A DNA stretch of 64,000 bases from Selaginella moellendorffii (lineage: Eukaryota > Plantae > Lycopodiophyta). The stretch lies in the NCBI RefSeq assembly GCF_000143415.4, contig NW_003314318.1:124001-188000 (forward strand), in the 5' to 3' direction. The translations under genes and the position numbers were made by a program. Every line of letters starts with the position of its first letter. Positions within the stretch are counted from its first letter, which is position 1. Under the pieces are notes generated by a model, which ran no database searches, was not told where the DNA came from, and was given only the letters and a program-made list of their open reading frames with translations. Shown one piece after another: positions 36,847 through 48,249 of the stretch.

Positions 36847-38677
36847 TTATCGAGATGTTTTTGTGTGGACATACAAGGACATGAAGGAGATTGATCCAGC
36901 TCTAGCTATCCACATGATTTCTCTAATTCTTGGTGTTGTGCCAATGTGTCAACAACTTTACCATTCCAATCCTAGCTGTGAGAGGAGATTAAGAAGCTAT
37001 TGCAAGTTGGTTTTATCTTTAAAGTGGAAGTTAATGAGTGCCTTTCTCCAATTGTAGTCGTCAAGAAGAAGAATGGTCAACTCCAAATTTATATAGATTA
37101 TAGGAAGCTAAATGATGCAACAAGGATAGATGGCTTTCCATTGCCATTTATGGATATAGTGCTAGATTTAATTGCAGGCCATGGGCTCTACTCTTTTTTT
37201 TGATGATTTTAGTGGTTACAATCAAGTTTGAATAGCTAAAAAGGACTAGCTTAAGACTATGTTTGTGATAGAATGGGGATGCTATGCATATCAAGTGATG
37301 CTTTTTGGCTTAACAAATGCACTTGTGAATTTCCAAAGAGTGGTAACAACAACCTTCCAACCTTTTATGCAAAATTTCATGGAGGTATTCTTGGATGATT
37401 TTAGTGTGTTCACTGATGTTGAATAGCATGAGAAGAGGCTTGCTAACTGCTTTGACAGGTGTAAGCAATTTAGAATTTTGTTCAACCCTTTTAAGTGCAA
37501 TTTTGGAGTTATGCATAGAGTATTGTTGGGAAGGATTGTCTCCCAAAGGATTAGCAATTGATTCTAGTAAGAAAAAAGCTATTCAAGCTTTGCTAGCTCT
37601 AGTAGATGTGAAGCAATTGCAAGCTTTTTTGGGATATGTAAGATACCATTGCAAATTTGTGAGGAGATATGTTGAAAAAGCTATGCTATTGATTGAGTTG
37701 CTATGTAAGGATATAAAATATGAGTGGAATGAGAAGTGTTAGTAGGCTTTTGAAGAATTGAAGCAAGCTTTGGTCATAGCCCCAATTTTGATGGTATAAA
37801 ACTGAACCAATCACTACTACTACTATGCATCTAAGTGAACATGGAATTCTTGATACCAATCTAACATCTGCCTTTTGAAGATGGATGGGATCATCCTTTG
37901 AGTTATGATAGTAGACAACTTTCTACAACAGAGAAGAACTATTCAGCAATAGAGCAAGAAGGACTGAGAATCATTTTTGCAGTGCGACAATATTGACACT
38001 ATTTGTTGGGCAAGGTGTTTATTTTTTATATTGATCACTAGGCCTGGAAGTATCTTATTTTGAAACCATGTAGGACAGGTAGAGTGACTTGTTGGTTGCA
38101 AATTTTAACTGTAGCGCATTTTATCTCTCTCCCCTTAAGCCAACTGGAAAAAGGGCAATTGTTTAATGAGAGAGCCCTTAGTGGCTATTTTATCCCCATT
38201 TATCCCCCAAGGTTCCAAGGATCCACGGTGATAGTTTATCCAAATCTTATCCTATGATCACATGTGCTATATTAACAAGGGTTCCAATTTAAAATAAGTC
38301 TTAAGCCTGGGCAAAGTCTTAGTATGCCAGATCATCTTTCTTGGTTGCCAACTTTTATTGTGGATGAAGAAAAGGGTGTTGATGATGAGCTACTAAATGT
38401 AAATTTTTTTCAAGTGGATCTTGAGAGTTTAGACAAGTAGGTTTTTCAAGTTGAAGCTATTCCTAAGTGGTATTTTAAGGTAGTGCAATTTTTGGTGAGT
38501 GGTGAGTATCCTCTTGAATTTTCAAACAAGTTGAACAAATGATTGCTTCTTCAATCTTAATGATTTACTTTTATGCANNNNNNNNNNNNNNNNNNNNNNN
38601 NNNNNNNNNNNNNNNNNNNNNNNNNNNNNNNNNNNNNNNNNNNNNNNNNNNNNNNNNNNNNNNNNNNNNNNNNNNNN

Positions 38678-39422
38678 GACTCTCTAGATCCACCACTTGT
38701 CACCATGTATCTCAGTTGTACAGTGATCTCGGATGTACTACATCCTCACACCCCCACTTAGTCGAGATCAGCTTGCGAAGGCTAGATTAGAAAAAAGAAA
38801 CTAATGCTAAACCACTGAAATCAGCATCTTGTGGTGTTGAACAACAGTAGCAGCACGTTCTAAGGTACCCAAGCTTGCACACAGCCCAGCTTGTATCAAG
38901 ACCTGTCAAAAACCAGCATTTTGTTCCATCTTCCCCACTCAAATGTGATCTCTCCATCAACCTCAAGGCCCTTGCACACAGCAATTTCCAGGAAGAAGAG
39001 AAGCCTCTTGGCAGCACTAGGAAATCTCCAGCCCAAGGAAGCTTCCTTGGCAGCAGGGGCATCAGATCGTCTCTAGCAGTAGCAAGCAGTGCTACAACCC
39101 TTCCAATTCAAATCCAGGCCAATCTCAATCAAGAACTGCCTCTATTTTAGGGTTGCCTGCACAAAACAAAATAGACAAGAAAACCTCCATCTTGATATTT
39201 TCAATTCACAGCCACTCTAGATCAGGAGGCTTGTTGTCTTCCTCCTCCATTCAGCCCACGATTTAACCCCTAAGCTCCAATACCATGTTGAAAACTAAGG
39301 AAGAAGAGAAATACTCTATTGCTCAGATATCATCATTGCTATATATACATAGGTGAGAGTTGTGACTCTCTAGATCCACCACATGTCACCACGTGTCTCA
39401 GCCATACAGTGATCTCGGATGG
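38678..39422 (-). mobile_element. Miniature LTR element (TRIM-like) inserted in the gypsy integrase region
   Basis: Short direct repeats 38678-38742 and 39286-~39421; PBS TGGTATTGGAGC at 39274-39285; purine tract 38743-38760 on minus; ~540-bp interior. Confidence 0.75.
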
Positions 39423-40142
39423 ATGTAAGAGGATGGGGAAGCCAACACAACACAATATGATGCCATTGCAGCCACTTTTTCCAGTTTTACCATTTGAGAA
39501 GTGGGGAATCAATTTTGTGGGACCTCTTCCATCTTCAAGGCATACTCACTGTAGGTATGTGCTAATTTATACAAATTATGTGACCTTTAGCTTTGGTGTT
39601 GCGAGTGCTGGAGATAATTCGAAGCCAACTAAATAAGAAACTTTGTAAGGACATTCGTTTTCACCTTGCAAAGGCGCTCGCCCATGTGCTCCTTCTGTCT
39701 TGCATTTACAATGTAAATGAGATCCATCCGGCAGAAACTGAGATGTGCTTGGATTGTGTGATAAATTTCCTTCCAAATGGCAAGGATTTGAACTTGTTTG
39801 AGGGGCGATGATTGTGGCGATTCCCGTCCTGGCAGCTTCGGCAATGTGGATTTCATGAAGAAAATGCGTGGAATGAATGATCTCTACATTTCAAACACGC
39901 TGGTGAGCTTGTATGGAAATTGGTGGAAGCTGAGAGGGCTTTACAGAGGTGGGGTATCACAGTGTGGTCTCTTTGGAGCTAGGGCAAAAACTTTTCCCTC
40001 CTTGTTTTGTAAAGATACTTTGTCAGAAGAATATTCGCCAAGCCCAAGAGCCCTAAATTTCGGGGATCTGGAGAGCGAGGCGCGAGGGCCAGGGCGCGTC
40101 GCCGGGTATGTTCTAGATCGCTGCACACTCTCCGAAATAAGG

Positions 40143-43100
40143 ATGCAGCAAGCTTGGGACAAGCCGCTGCTGCCGAATCCAGCCAGGTTGGAGGAGCTCC
40201 ATCCCTCGATCAAGAACCAGCTCGAGGTTTCTAGCAGCGACGACGACGAGCGGGATTATAGCAGCGGTGGGGATGACGAACCCGGGGCTTCGATCTTCCG
40301 GAATTATCCGGGAGTAGCCGCGACAGATAATGATCCAGGGCAGCTTTTCCAGGCGGGTGTGAATCGGATCAACAGCCTCGTGGCCGCGACCAAGGGCGGA
40401 GCATCGACGTGCTTGATCTGCCTCGAGAAAATCCGCAAGATTGATCCAATCTGGCACTGCAAGCAAGGATGTTTTGCGGTGCTTCACTTGGTTTGCATCC
40501 AGTCGTGGGCTCGCCAGGCACTCAGCACCAGCGAAAATTCTTCCGCTGGAAGAAACTCGAGCTCCAGGACTTCCCCGGCGTGCTGGCACTGTCCAAAGTG
40601 TCGACGGGACTATCCACAGGCAGAGATCCCGCGAGAGTATCGTTGCTACTGCGGCAAAGAGGTGGATCCAAGGTCCGATCCTTGGCTCACTCCACACTCT
40701 TGCGGGGAGAGATGCGAGCTGGAGCTGGGACTTTGCTCGCACACTTGTGTGCTTCTTTGCCACCCCGGGCCGTGTCCGCCATGTCCTCAGCTCGTCCAGC
40801 TGGCTTGCCACTGTGGAAAGTTGGCGGAGCTCCGGCGCTGTGGCCACAAGAGCTTCTCCTGCCAAAGGCTTTGTTCCAAGCGCCTGGGCTGTGGAGTCCA
40901 CTCCTGCGACGAGATTTGCCACGAAGGGGAGTGCAAGCCTTGCAGCAAGTTCGGTGTCCATCGCTGCCGGTGTGGGAGTGTGACTGAAGTTCGCCCCTGC
41001 TCTCAAGCCGATTTCCAGTGCGAGAGGATTTGTGACAAGGAGTTGAGCTGCAAGAAGCACGTATGCGGGAAGCAGTGTCATGCTGGGGGCTGTGGAGAGT
41101 GTGAACTTCAAGGGAGGAGGACTTGCGCCTGTGGGAAGGAGGCGTACAAGGATCTAGCCTGTGATGTTAAAGTGCCGACGTGTGGATCAACATGTGAGAA
41201 GTTACTGGCCTGTGGACTTCATCGATGTCCGGAACGGTGTCATGCTGGTTCTTGTGTGGGGACCTGTCGAGTTTTGATCAACAAGCGATGTCGCTGTGGG
41301 AGCACGGCGAAGGAGGTCTGTGTTTCTATGTGTCTGCAACTATCTATGTTTCTTAGTTGAAGTTTTGTGTAGGTTCCTTGCTACCAGGATCTTGTTTGTG
41401 AACGGAAGTGCCAACACATACGGAACTGCCAGCGTCATGCGTGCAGGCGGAGGTGCTGTGACGGGGATTGCCCACCTTGTTCTGAGGTACACGAACTTGT
41501 TTTGTTTTCTTTGGCATGACGTTAGTTTTCTGCTGGTCCTGGACAGATTTGTGGCAAAAAGTTGAGATGTGGTAATCACAAGTGTCCAGCTCCTTGTCAC
41601 AGGTATCTATGCTGGTGAGGCTCTGGTTTTATATTTTGAAATATTCTTCTTATTATACTGTTGCTGTTGTTCGTGTTCAGAGGTTTATGTGCACCTTGCC
41701 CTTTAACTGTGAAAATTTCGTGTCAATGTGGATTCACTACACTCGAGGTATGTTTTGAATTTTTTATGTTCATTTGTGAAATTCTTTTCTAGGTTCCTTG
41801 TGGCGCAGACAAAGATGTGAAGCCTCCAAAATGCTCAAAACGCTGTCAGAGACCACAAATCTGTGGTCACGGTGATTTATGCAAGGTACTCTGATAAACC
41901 TATGGCTTCTAATATTACATTACATCTTGTATTGCAGCCTCACAGATGCCATTATGGACCATGTCCGCCTTGTCAACTGCTGTGCAACAAGAAACTTGAT
42001 TGTGGTCATTCGTGTAACCAGAGGTATTATTTTGGATGCATTAGCTTTGTAGACGCTAAAATTTTTGCTTCTAGGTGTCATGGACCACGACTAACATGTC
42101 CAGTCTTGAAGGGAACCAAGAAAGAACGCAAAGCTGTGATTTCTCCCATTCCAGGCTCTCCATGTCCACCATGTTCTGTTCTTGTGTCGAGGCCGTGCAT
42201 GGGCAAACATCCGGCCGGGTCGAGGATGGTACTGGCTTATTGATTTACTGGACCGGTCTATCATTTTAACTACTGCATTGCAGGTCCCGTGTAATGACGA
42301 ATCAAGATTTTCCTGTGAAAAACCATGCGGAAATCTTTTGTCGTGCGGAAATCACTTTTGCCGAGATCTTTGTCATGTAGTTACCATCAGTCGTGCTCTA
42401 TCGAATGGAACGGTCGTGGCCTCGGGTGGTGCTCAGCAATACGATTCGTGCAGCTCTTGCCGGCTGAAATGCACAAAGGTATAACCGTTTGTTTCTTGTC
42501 GTTGATCTGAAGTGGTGTTTTGTTTCGCAGACTCGGGATCCACCTTGTCCACATCCTTGTGAGATTGGCTGCCACACTGGGAAATGCCCGGCGTGCAAGG
42601 TTTCCTTGAAGAAGTCTTGCCATTGCGGTACTCTTGTGCGCACACTGGAATGTAGCGCCTTTGGTTGCCTTTCCGAGGACGAACGCATCGAGTTGCTTTC
42701 ATGCAAAGGTCCTTGCCACAGGTTTGGCTACATAATTCTTTCCTTTAGGATACAGTCTTTGATGAACCTCTTGCATGCAGGAAGCTTGAGAACTGCTCGC
42801 ACTTGTGCTCGGAAATTTGTCATCCAGGCTCCTGTCCAAGCCTGTGCTCCAAGAAGGTATGCTACGAATCCAAAAGCAAACGAATTGAATTGACTCATGA
42901 ATCCCACCCAGGTCACTACAAGATGTGCATGTCAGCGCATACGGAAAGCGTATCAGTGCTTTGAAGTTCAAGCTGCGCGAGAGAAACAATCGGCTTTAGT
43001 TCCGTGCGATCAAGATTGTTTGAAGGCCAAAGCCTCGCAGGAGCTGGAAGAAGATTTGCAGCACAAACAAGCAGCAGACAAAGAGGTACGTGGTTCTAAC

Positions 43101-43440
43101 GATCGATTTTTCATTTATGCTTTTGCTTCTCTTTTGCAGCTACGTCGTGATGACTTGAAGAAGGTCCTGCCGAAACAACGGAAAGTACGCGCACCGAGAA
43201 GCGCTCATGGGGACTGGAAGTACAAGGTACCTTTTCTCTTTCCCTTCTTTCATGGCACTGTTCTAAATGGAAACTTGCAAATTGCAGGAGAGCTTGCAAA
43301 TTGCAATGAGATATGCTCTAGTGGTTGCTCTTGTGCTGGGAGCGGTAGCAATGGCCTACTATGGCGCCAAAGCTCTGCGAAGCCTCTCGGACTGGATGGA
43401 CGAGATCGACAACCAGAGGCCCAGAGCAAAACTTCATTGA
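40143..43440 (+). CDS. NFXL2: NF-X1-type zinc finger protein with C-terminal TM segment (NFXL2-like), multi-exon
   Basis: RING-like [29 protein letters not shown], repeated NF-X1 fingers (CHPGPCPPC), last exon [31 protein letters not shown]. Confidence 0.9.
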
Positions 43441-43491
43441 AAGTTTTCCTACTCTAGAAAGCTTTGGTTTTGGAAATAAAGAGAGATGGTT

Positions 43492-44611
43492 TCATTGGCG
43501 CTGTTTGGCTTTGTGGCATGGAATGCTGATTCCTGGACAGAGGAACTTGTAGCAAAACTTTTGTGTCCACTGTAACAGAAACGTTACTTCGTTGCTTCGT
43601 CAAAAGACTTTGATTTGATTGCTTACCTCGGTTCCAAAGTAGCTGCTAAAAACTTTGAAAGCGGGATCTCGATCTGCCAGGTAGCGGTCGTAAGCAGCTT
43701 GTTTCTCGTGGCATCTCAGACAAAAGCCTGGATCCTCATTTGGCTCCAAAGAATGCAGAGATTTCAAGTATGTTGCGACATATTGCGTATAAACTGTGTA
43801 CATTCCACCGCTCGACACCTGTTTTTGTAAGATCAGATCAATGAGGAGTTGTAAGTCGCCGAAGCTGGAGAATTTTGCTTACCTCGAGATCGGGCTCCGA
43901 AGATCCTTGATCTGATCGAAAGAAGATCATTTGCTCCGATGCGAACTTGTCTTTGTCAAAGAAACGATCAGACATTTCACTGCACCGTGCTGCAAAAGGC
44001 TGGCGAAGCAACGCGAGCGGACGAATGTACTTCTCCAAGTAGCCTTGATCTTGAAAGAGTGGTATAAAATCTACCACGCACAGGATCTTGTTCGCGCCAA
44101 ACGAGAGCAAATCTATTCCCAGTAACGGGAGATCGAAACTAGATCAAATTCGAAAGACATGTATCAGAAGCCGATGAGAAAAATGAAAACATACCTGTTG
44201 TCTGGATAGAGCAAAGCATTGAGCGCTTGGCAAGCTCTCCCGGCATCGAAGTACGTGATTCTGATACGCCGGAGCCTCCTTGACGAGTAGAGCCAGTTAT
44301 AAACATTTGCCTTGCGCGGAGAGCTTTTGAATGCGAGCTGATCGTCTAGCGGAAGAGCTTGTACATCTGGGGCCGAGTCTAGCAGCTGGAAGCAGAGAAA
44401 ATCCAAGTAAGGCTTGTAGAGAAGTGCTCCTTGTTCTATCGGCTCGAGCATTTTCATGCCTGGAAGAGACTGTGAAAGACGAGAGTTAGTCCCGAAGAAT
44501 GAAAAAAATTGATACCTTTGGAACTCTGTCCTGTGTTGTTTGTTGGTGGCTTTGAGTGCTAGCTGCCAGAGCTTCGCGCGTCACGCAGCAGCAAGCAAGA
44601 GCCCTAGCCAT
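43492..44611 (-). CDS. PUBS: Ferredoxin-dependent bilin reductase, PebA lineage (phycourobilin synthase-like), ~5 exons
   Basis: RLRRIRITYFDAG..ALNALLYPD, FDLPLLGIDLLSFG..VVDFIPLFQDQGYLEKYI, QAAYDRYLADRDPAFKVFSSYFG.E|W.QKF..KFL; closer to PebA than to HY2 by recalled motifs. Confidence 0.8.
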
Positions 44612-44636
44612 CAACTTAAAGTTGATGTAATCCCCC

Positions 44637-47213
44637 TTAAGGTGCCTTAAGTCGCCGGAGAGCTCCCATTTCTTCCTCCATTTTCCACCTTTCCTCCAGC
44701 ATCCCAGCACCAGCATAGATACTCGCCATAAGAGCACACGCTGCTCCATTCTTCTCCAGCTTCATCACAGCCTCGAAAGCCAGCCTTCCAGCTTCTACGT
44801 TGTTCCACTCTCGAGCAGCCCCCAGCAAAGTCATCCAGATGATAGCGTTTGGCTCCAGAGGCATGCTTTTTACCATCGCCACTGCATCGCTCAGTCGGTT
44901 CGCCCGGCTCAAGAGATCGATGACGCAAGTGTAGTGCTTGATTCCTGGAACCACGCCGTACTTTGGAGAAGCCATCGCCTGGAAGTACTCCATGCCTTTG
45001 TCGATCGAGCCAGCATGGCTACACGCTGTGAGAACCGATAGGAAAGTAAGCTCGTCTGGCCTTAGTCTTTCTCTTTGGAGTCCCTCGAACAAAGTGAGCA
45101 CCGTCTCGCAGTCCCCTTGACGACTATATCCATCGATGAGAGTGTTCCAAGTTACCAAGTCTCGTCTTCCTCTAGCCTCTTCGAAAACTCGTTGAGCATC
45201 GACCATGCTGCCACACTTCCCGTAAAGATCCACCAAGGAGTTGACGATCACTATCTGGTCCTTGAGTCCAGCCTCTCTGATCTCCTTCTCGAGCTCAATC
45301 CCAGCTTCTAGAGATCCCAAACCTCCACAAGCTTTAAGCGCAGCGACAAAAGTGATGGCCACTGGTTGAACGCCTCGTTGTTTCATCTGTGAGTAGAGTT
45401 CTAGAGCGAGCTGGGGTGCGCCATTCTCGACGTATCCCAGGATGAGGCAGTTCCACGAAACCACACAGCGAGCGTCCTCGTCCATGCTGCTAAAACCCTT
45501 GTGAGCGTCCACCATGCTCCCACAGTTCGCATACATATCGATCAGGCTATTGGCGACGTAGCTGCAACGGTCGTGACCATCTCTCGCTGCTCGACTGTGA
45601 ATCGCCCGGCCTTTCCTCAGGCACTCCACTTTCAGATCTTTTCCATCGACTTCTCTCGCGGCTAGAAGAGCACAGGCCTTGAGAGCAGCCACAATGGTCA
45701 CTCCATCCGCTTCAACACGGCCTTCGTTCTCCATTCGACTGTAAAGCTCGAGAGCTAGCTCTGGATTGCCACTTTCAGCATTTCCTAGGATAATCGCGGT
45801 CCAGGACACCACGCTCTTATGCCGAATTCTCTCGAAGCTTTTCAGTGCTTCAGCCAAGCTGCCACATTTGGAGTACATATCCACCAGCGCGTTGGCGACA
45901 AACACTGGCAGATCGTTGTCACTCCAGTGCTGAGAAATTTGCATGTGGAGTTTTCTGCCGCGTTCTAGACACTCTGTCTTCCCGGCGAGGTCTTCTTTCT
46001 CGGCGAGCTTGATACAGGCCTTGAGTGTAGCGACGAAAGTCACAGCATCTGGCGTGAAACCTTCGTCTTGCATTTGCTGGAAGAGCTTGAATGCCTGCTC
46101 ACTGTCGCCAGTCTCGGCATAACCCGCAATCATCGACGTCCAGGTGACAACGCTGCGAGGAATGCTTCCGAACACTTTGCTGGCGTCTTCCATGCTACCG
46201 CACTTGGCATATAAGTCCAGCAGAGCACTCGCCACAAACTCGTGTGAGAGATGACGGCCCCTGGAAGCCTGTGAGTGAAAAGCTCGCGCTTTGTTCAAGC
46301 ATTCGAGCTTGACGAGCTTCCCCTGGACAAGCACACCTTGTTCCTTGCCTGCCAAAGCAATGCAGGCCTTGAGCACCGCGAGATAAGTCACGTAGTTTGT
46401 ACCGCAGCCTCGTCCCTCTTCGTGTAGCATTTGCTGGAAGAGGTCCAAAGCAATCTGCCCCTCGCCACTCTCGGCATATCCCAGGATGATCGTATTCCAC
46501 GAGACAATGCTGCGATGTTTCATGCCGTCAAAAACTTGGCGTGCTTCGACCATGCTCCCACACTTGGAATACATGTCCACAAGAGCGTTGGCGAGAAACA
46601 AATGGAGCTCTCCATCACCCTCGACCGCTCTATAGTGAACAGCACGGCCCTTGTCCAAGCAATCTGCCACCTTTTGGTTCTTTCCGCCTTCTCTCGCAGC
46701 TGCCAAGCTGGAACAAGCCTTCACCGCAGCGAGAAAGGTGACATAGTTTGGAGAACAGCCGCCTGTCCGTTGCTCGTCAAGCATCCGGGAGTAAATCTCT
46801 AGCGCTGTTTTTCCCTCTCCACTCTCCGCATAGCCGAGGATCAAACAGTTCCAAGGCACCACGTTTCGCTGCTTCATGCTGTCAAAAACACGTCGAGCAT
46901 CCACCAGGCTTCCACACTTGGCGTACATGTCCACCAGCGAGCTAGCAACGAAGATGTTGTGGCAGTCACCATTTTCCAGCACAGTGGCGTGGATTTTCCT
47001 CCCTGTCTCTAAATCCCTGGAGCTACTACAGGCCTTGAGAGCACCCAAAACCACGGAGACTCTGGGCTTTATTCCCAGCTCTCGAAACCTGTTGTAGATT
47101 CGTAGCGGCTCTACCCTTTCCTTCTCTCCCGTTCTTGCTGTTCTTGATTTTGTTGTATCGGAAGTGGATCGAAAAGTGGGACGTTCGTCGAGCCGCTGGA
47201 GCTTGGTAGACAC
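44637..47213 (-). CDS. PLS-class pentatricopeptide repeat protein with E-type C-terminus (start uncertain)
   Basis: Repeated LVDMYAKCGS..ARRVFD..VVSW motifs; TFLSVLTACSHAG, HYTCVIDLLSRA, PNAIIWMTLLGA; no DYW. Confidence 0.92.
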   Translation of the reverse strand: MSTKLQRLDERPTFRSTSDTTKSRTARTGEKERVEPLRIYNRFRELGIKPRVSVVLGALKACSSSRDLETGRKIHATVLENGDCHNIFVASSLVDMYAKCGSLVDARRVFDSMKQRNVVPWNCLILGYAESGEGKTALEIYSRMLDEQRTGGCSPNYVTFLAAVKACSSLAAAREGGKNQKVADCLDKGRAVHYRAVEGDGELHLFLANALVDMYSKCGSMVEARQVFDGMKHRSIVSWNTIILGYAESGEGQIALDLFQQMLHEEGRGCGTNYVTYLAVLKACIALAGKEQGVLVQGKLVKLECLNKARAFHSQASRGRHLSHEFVASALLDLYAKCGSMEDASKVFGSIPRSVVTWTSMIAGYAETGDSEQAFKLFQQMQDEGFTPDAVTFVATLKACIKLAEKEDLAGKTECLERGRKLHMQISQHWSDNDLPVFVANALVDMYSKCGSLAEALKSFERIRHKSVVSWTAIILGNAESGNPELALELYSRMENEGRVEADGVTIVAALKACALLAAREVDGKDLKVECLRKGRAIHSRAARDGHDRCSYVANSLIDMYANCGSMVDAHKGFSSMDEDARCVVSWNCLILGYVENGAPQLALELYSQMKQRGVQPVAITFVAALKACGGLGSLEAGIELEKEIREAGLKDQIVIVNSLVDLYGKCGSMVDAQRVFEEARGRRDLVTWNTLIDGYSRQGDCETVLTLFEGLQRERLRPDELTFLSVLTACSHAGSIDKGMEYFQAMASPKYGVVPGIKHYTCVIDLLSRANRLSDAVAMVKSMPLEPNAIIWMTLLGAAREWNNVEAGRLAFEAVMKLEKNGAACALMASIYAGAGMLEERWKMEEEMGALRRLKAP

Positions 47214-48249
47214 CCAGGATGGACAGAGCCGTGAGTGAATCCACAGGCATTCTCCAGTGGATGCATGCTTGAAATCTGGATAGCTCGGGCTCCTCTGCAG
47301 GAAACCGCCAAATCTAAGTTCGAACTAAGTAAAGTGGAAGAGAAAAAAAAAAATAATCCGTCCATACCTTGTTCCTTCTGTTGTCCCACCAGAGTGAAGG
47401 ATCTTCAAAGAACTTCCGCCATAGCCGCTCCTCGCTCATTTGCATCGAGCAAGAAAACAAATGAGTTTTACGCCTTTCGAGCGCGCATCATTCAGTTCGC
47501 TGCAAATGGAAGGAACAGTCGCATGAAAAAGAAAGAAAGGAAAATACCACGGAAGAAAGAACGAAAAACCTCGTAATTTCGGTCCCTGATGCAAAATCCC
47601 GCTCGAAATATTTGCGATGAACCATTCAAAGGAAGATTAACGATCGGCGCCACACTTACCAGGCCGGAGAGCTTAAACGCTGGCTGCAAATCAAAAGAAC
47701 GCGACACAAATCAACGCATTCTTCACCCAGCGCCCTACTTGCGATAAACCCTAGTCATGAACCCTAATAACTTTTTGGCGGGTATTTGAACTCTTTTAAA
47801 AGGAGAACACAGCAGAGTTAGTAATCGCCAGCCTTTGGCGCATCCTGTGCCAAAAGGATTCTGGCCATGGAGATTGATCGTCCCATGCTGAGAGAATCAT
47901 AGGCGAGGAACCCTTTCCCGCTTCCAGGTGGTGGAGTCCATCGAGGGCTCCACCGTCAACTTGTTCCGAATGTTTTGATCTTGGAGAACTTGATCACGGT
48001 CGGATTGCTATAGATATCAGCGAGGAAGAAAACCACACTATGATTTCTTTGTGAACATCAATCTCCCTATTTATTGTCTGGTGATCTTCAAAATGTGGAG
48101 TTCGTGAGCTGATCTGAACATAGTGCATTGCAACAGTTTTTGTTCTTTAAGCATGACATGCGTGGTGGCTGTACATATATCCACCACCTTTGTGCTTTTG
48201 TACCCTAGATACCTCGTGAATATGCCCTGTTCTTGCTTCCTATATAAAT

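Larger units (their letters stand above)
28450..39590 (+). mobile_element. Old degenerate Ty3/gypsy (Tat/Ogre/Athila-like) pol split by younger insertions
   Basis: Protease-like GGSGGNII..YPLLLG*PWL (~28490-28745); RT SPIVVVKKKNG..IDYRKLNDAT..FLDDF (36850-37500); RNase H-like region to ~38100; integrase PFEKWGINFVGPLP (39420-39590); many stops. Confidence 0.85.

Noticed and set aside
39798-40142. N-terminal extension of NFXL2 from the ORF track
   Set aside because: Begins at a non-ATG codon and spans promoter-like and PPR-like debris; ATG 40143 is more plausible.
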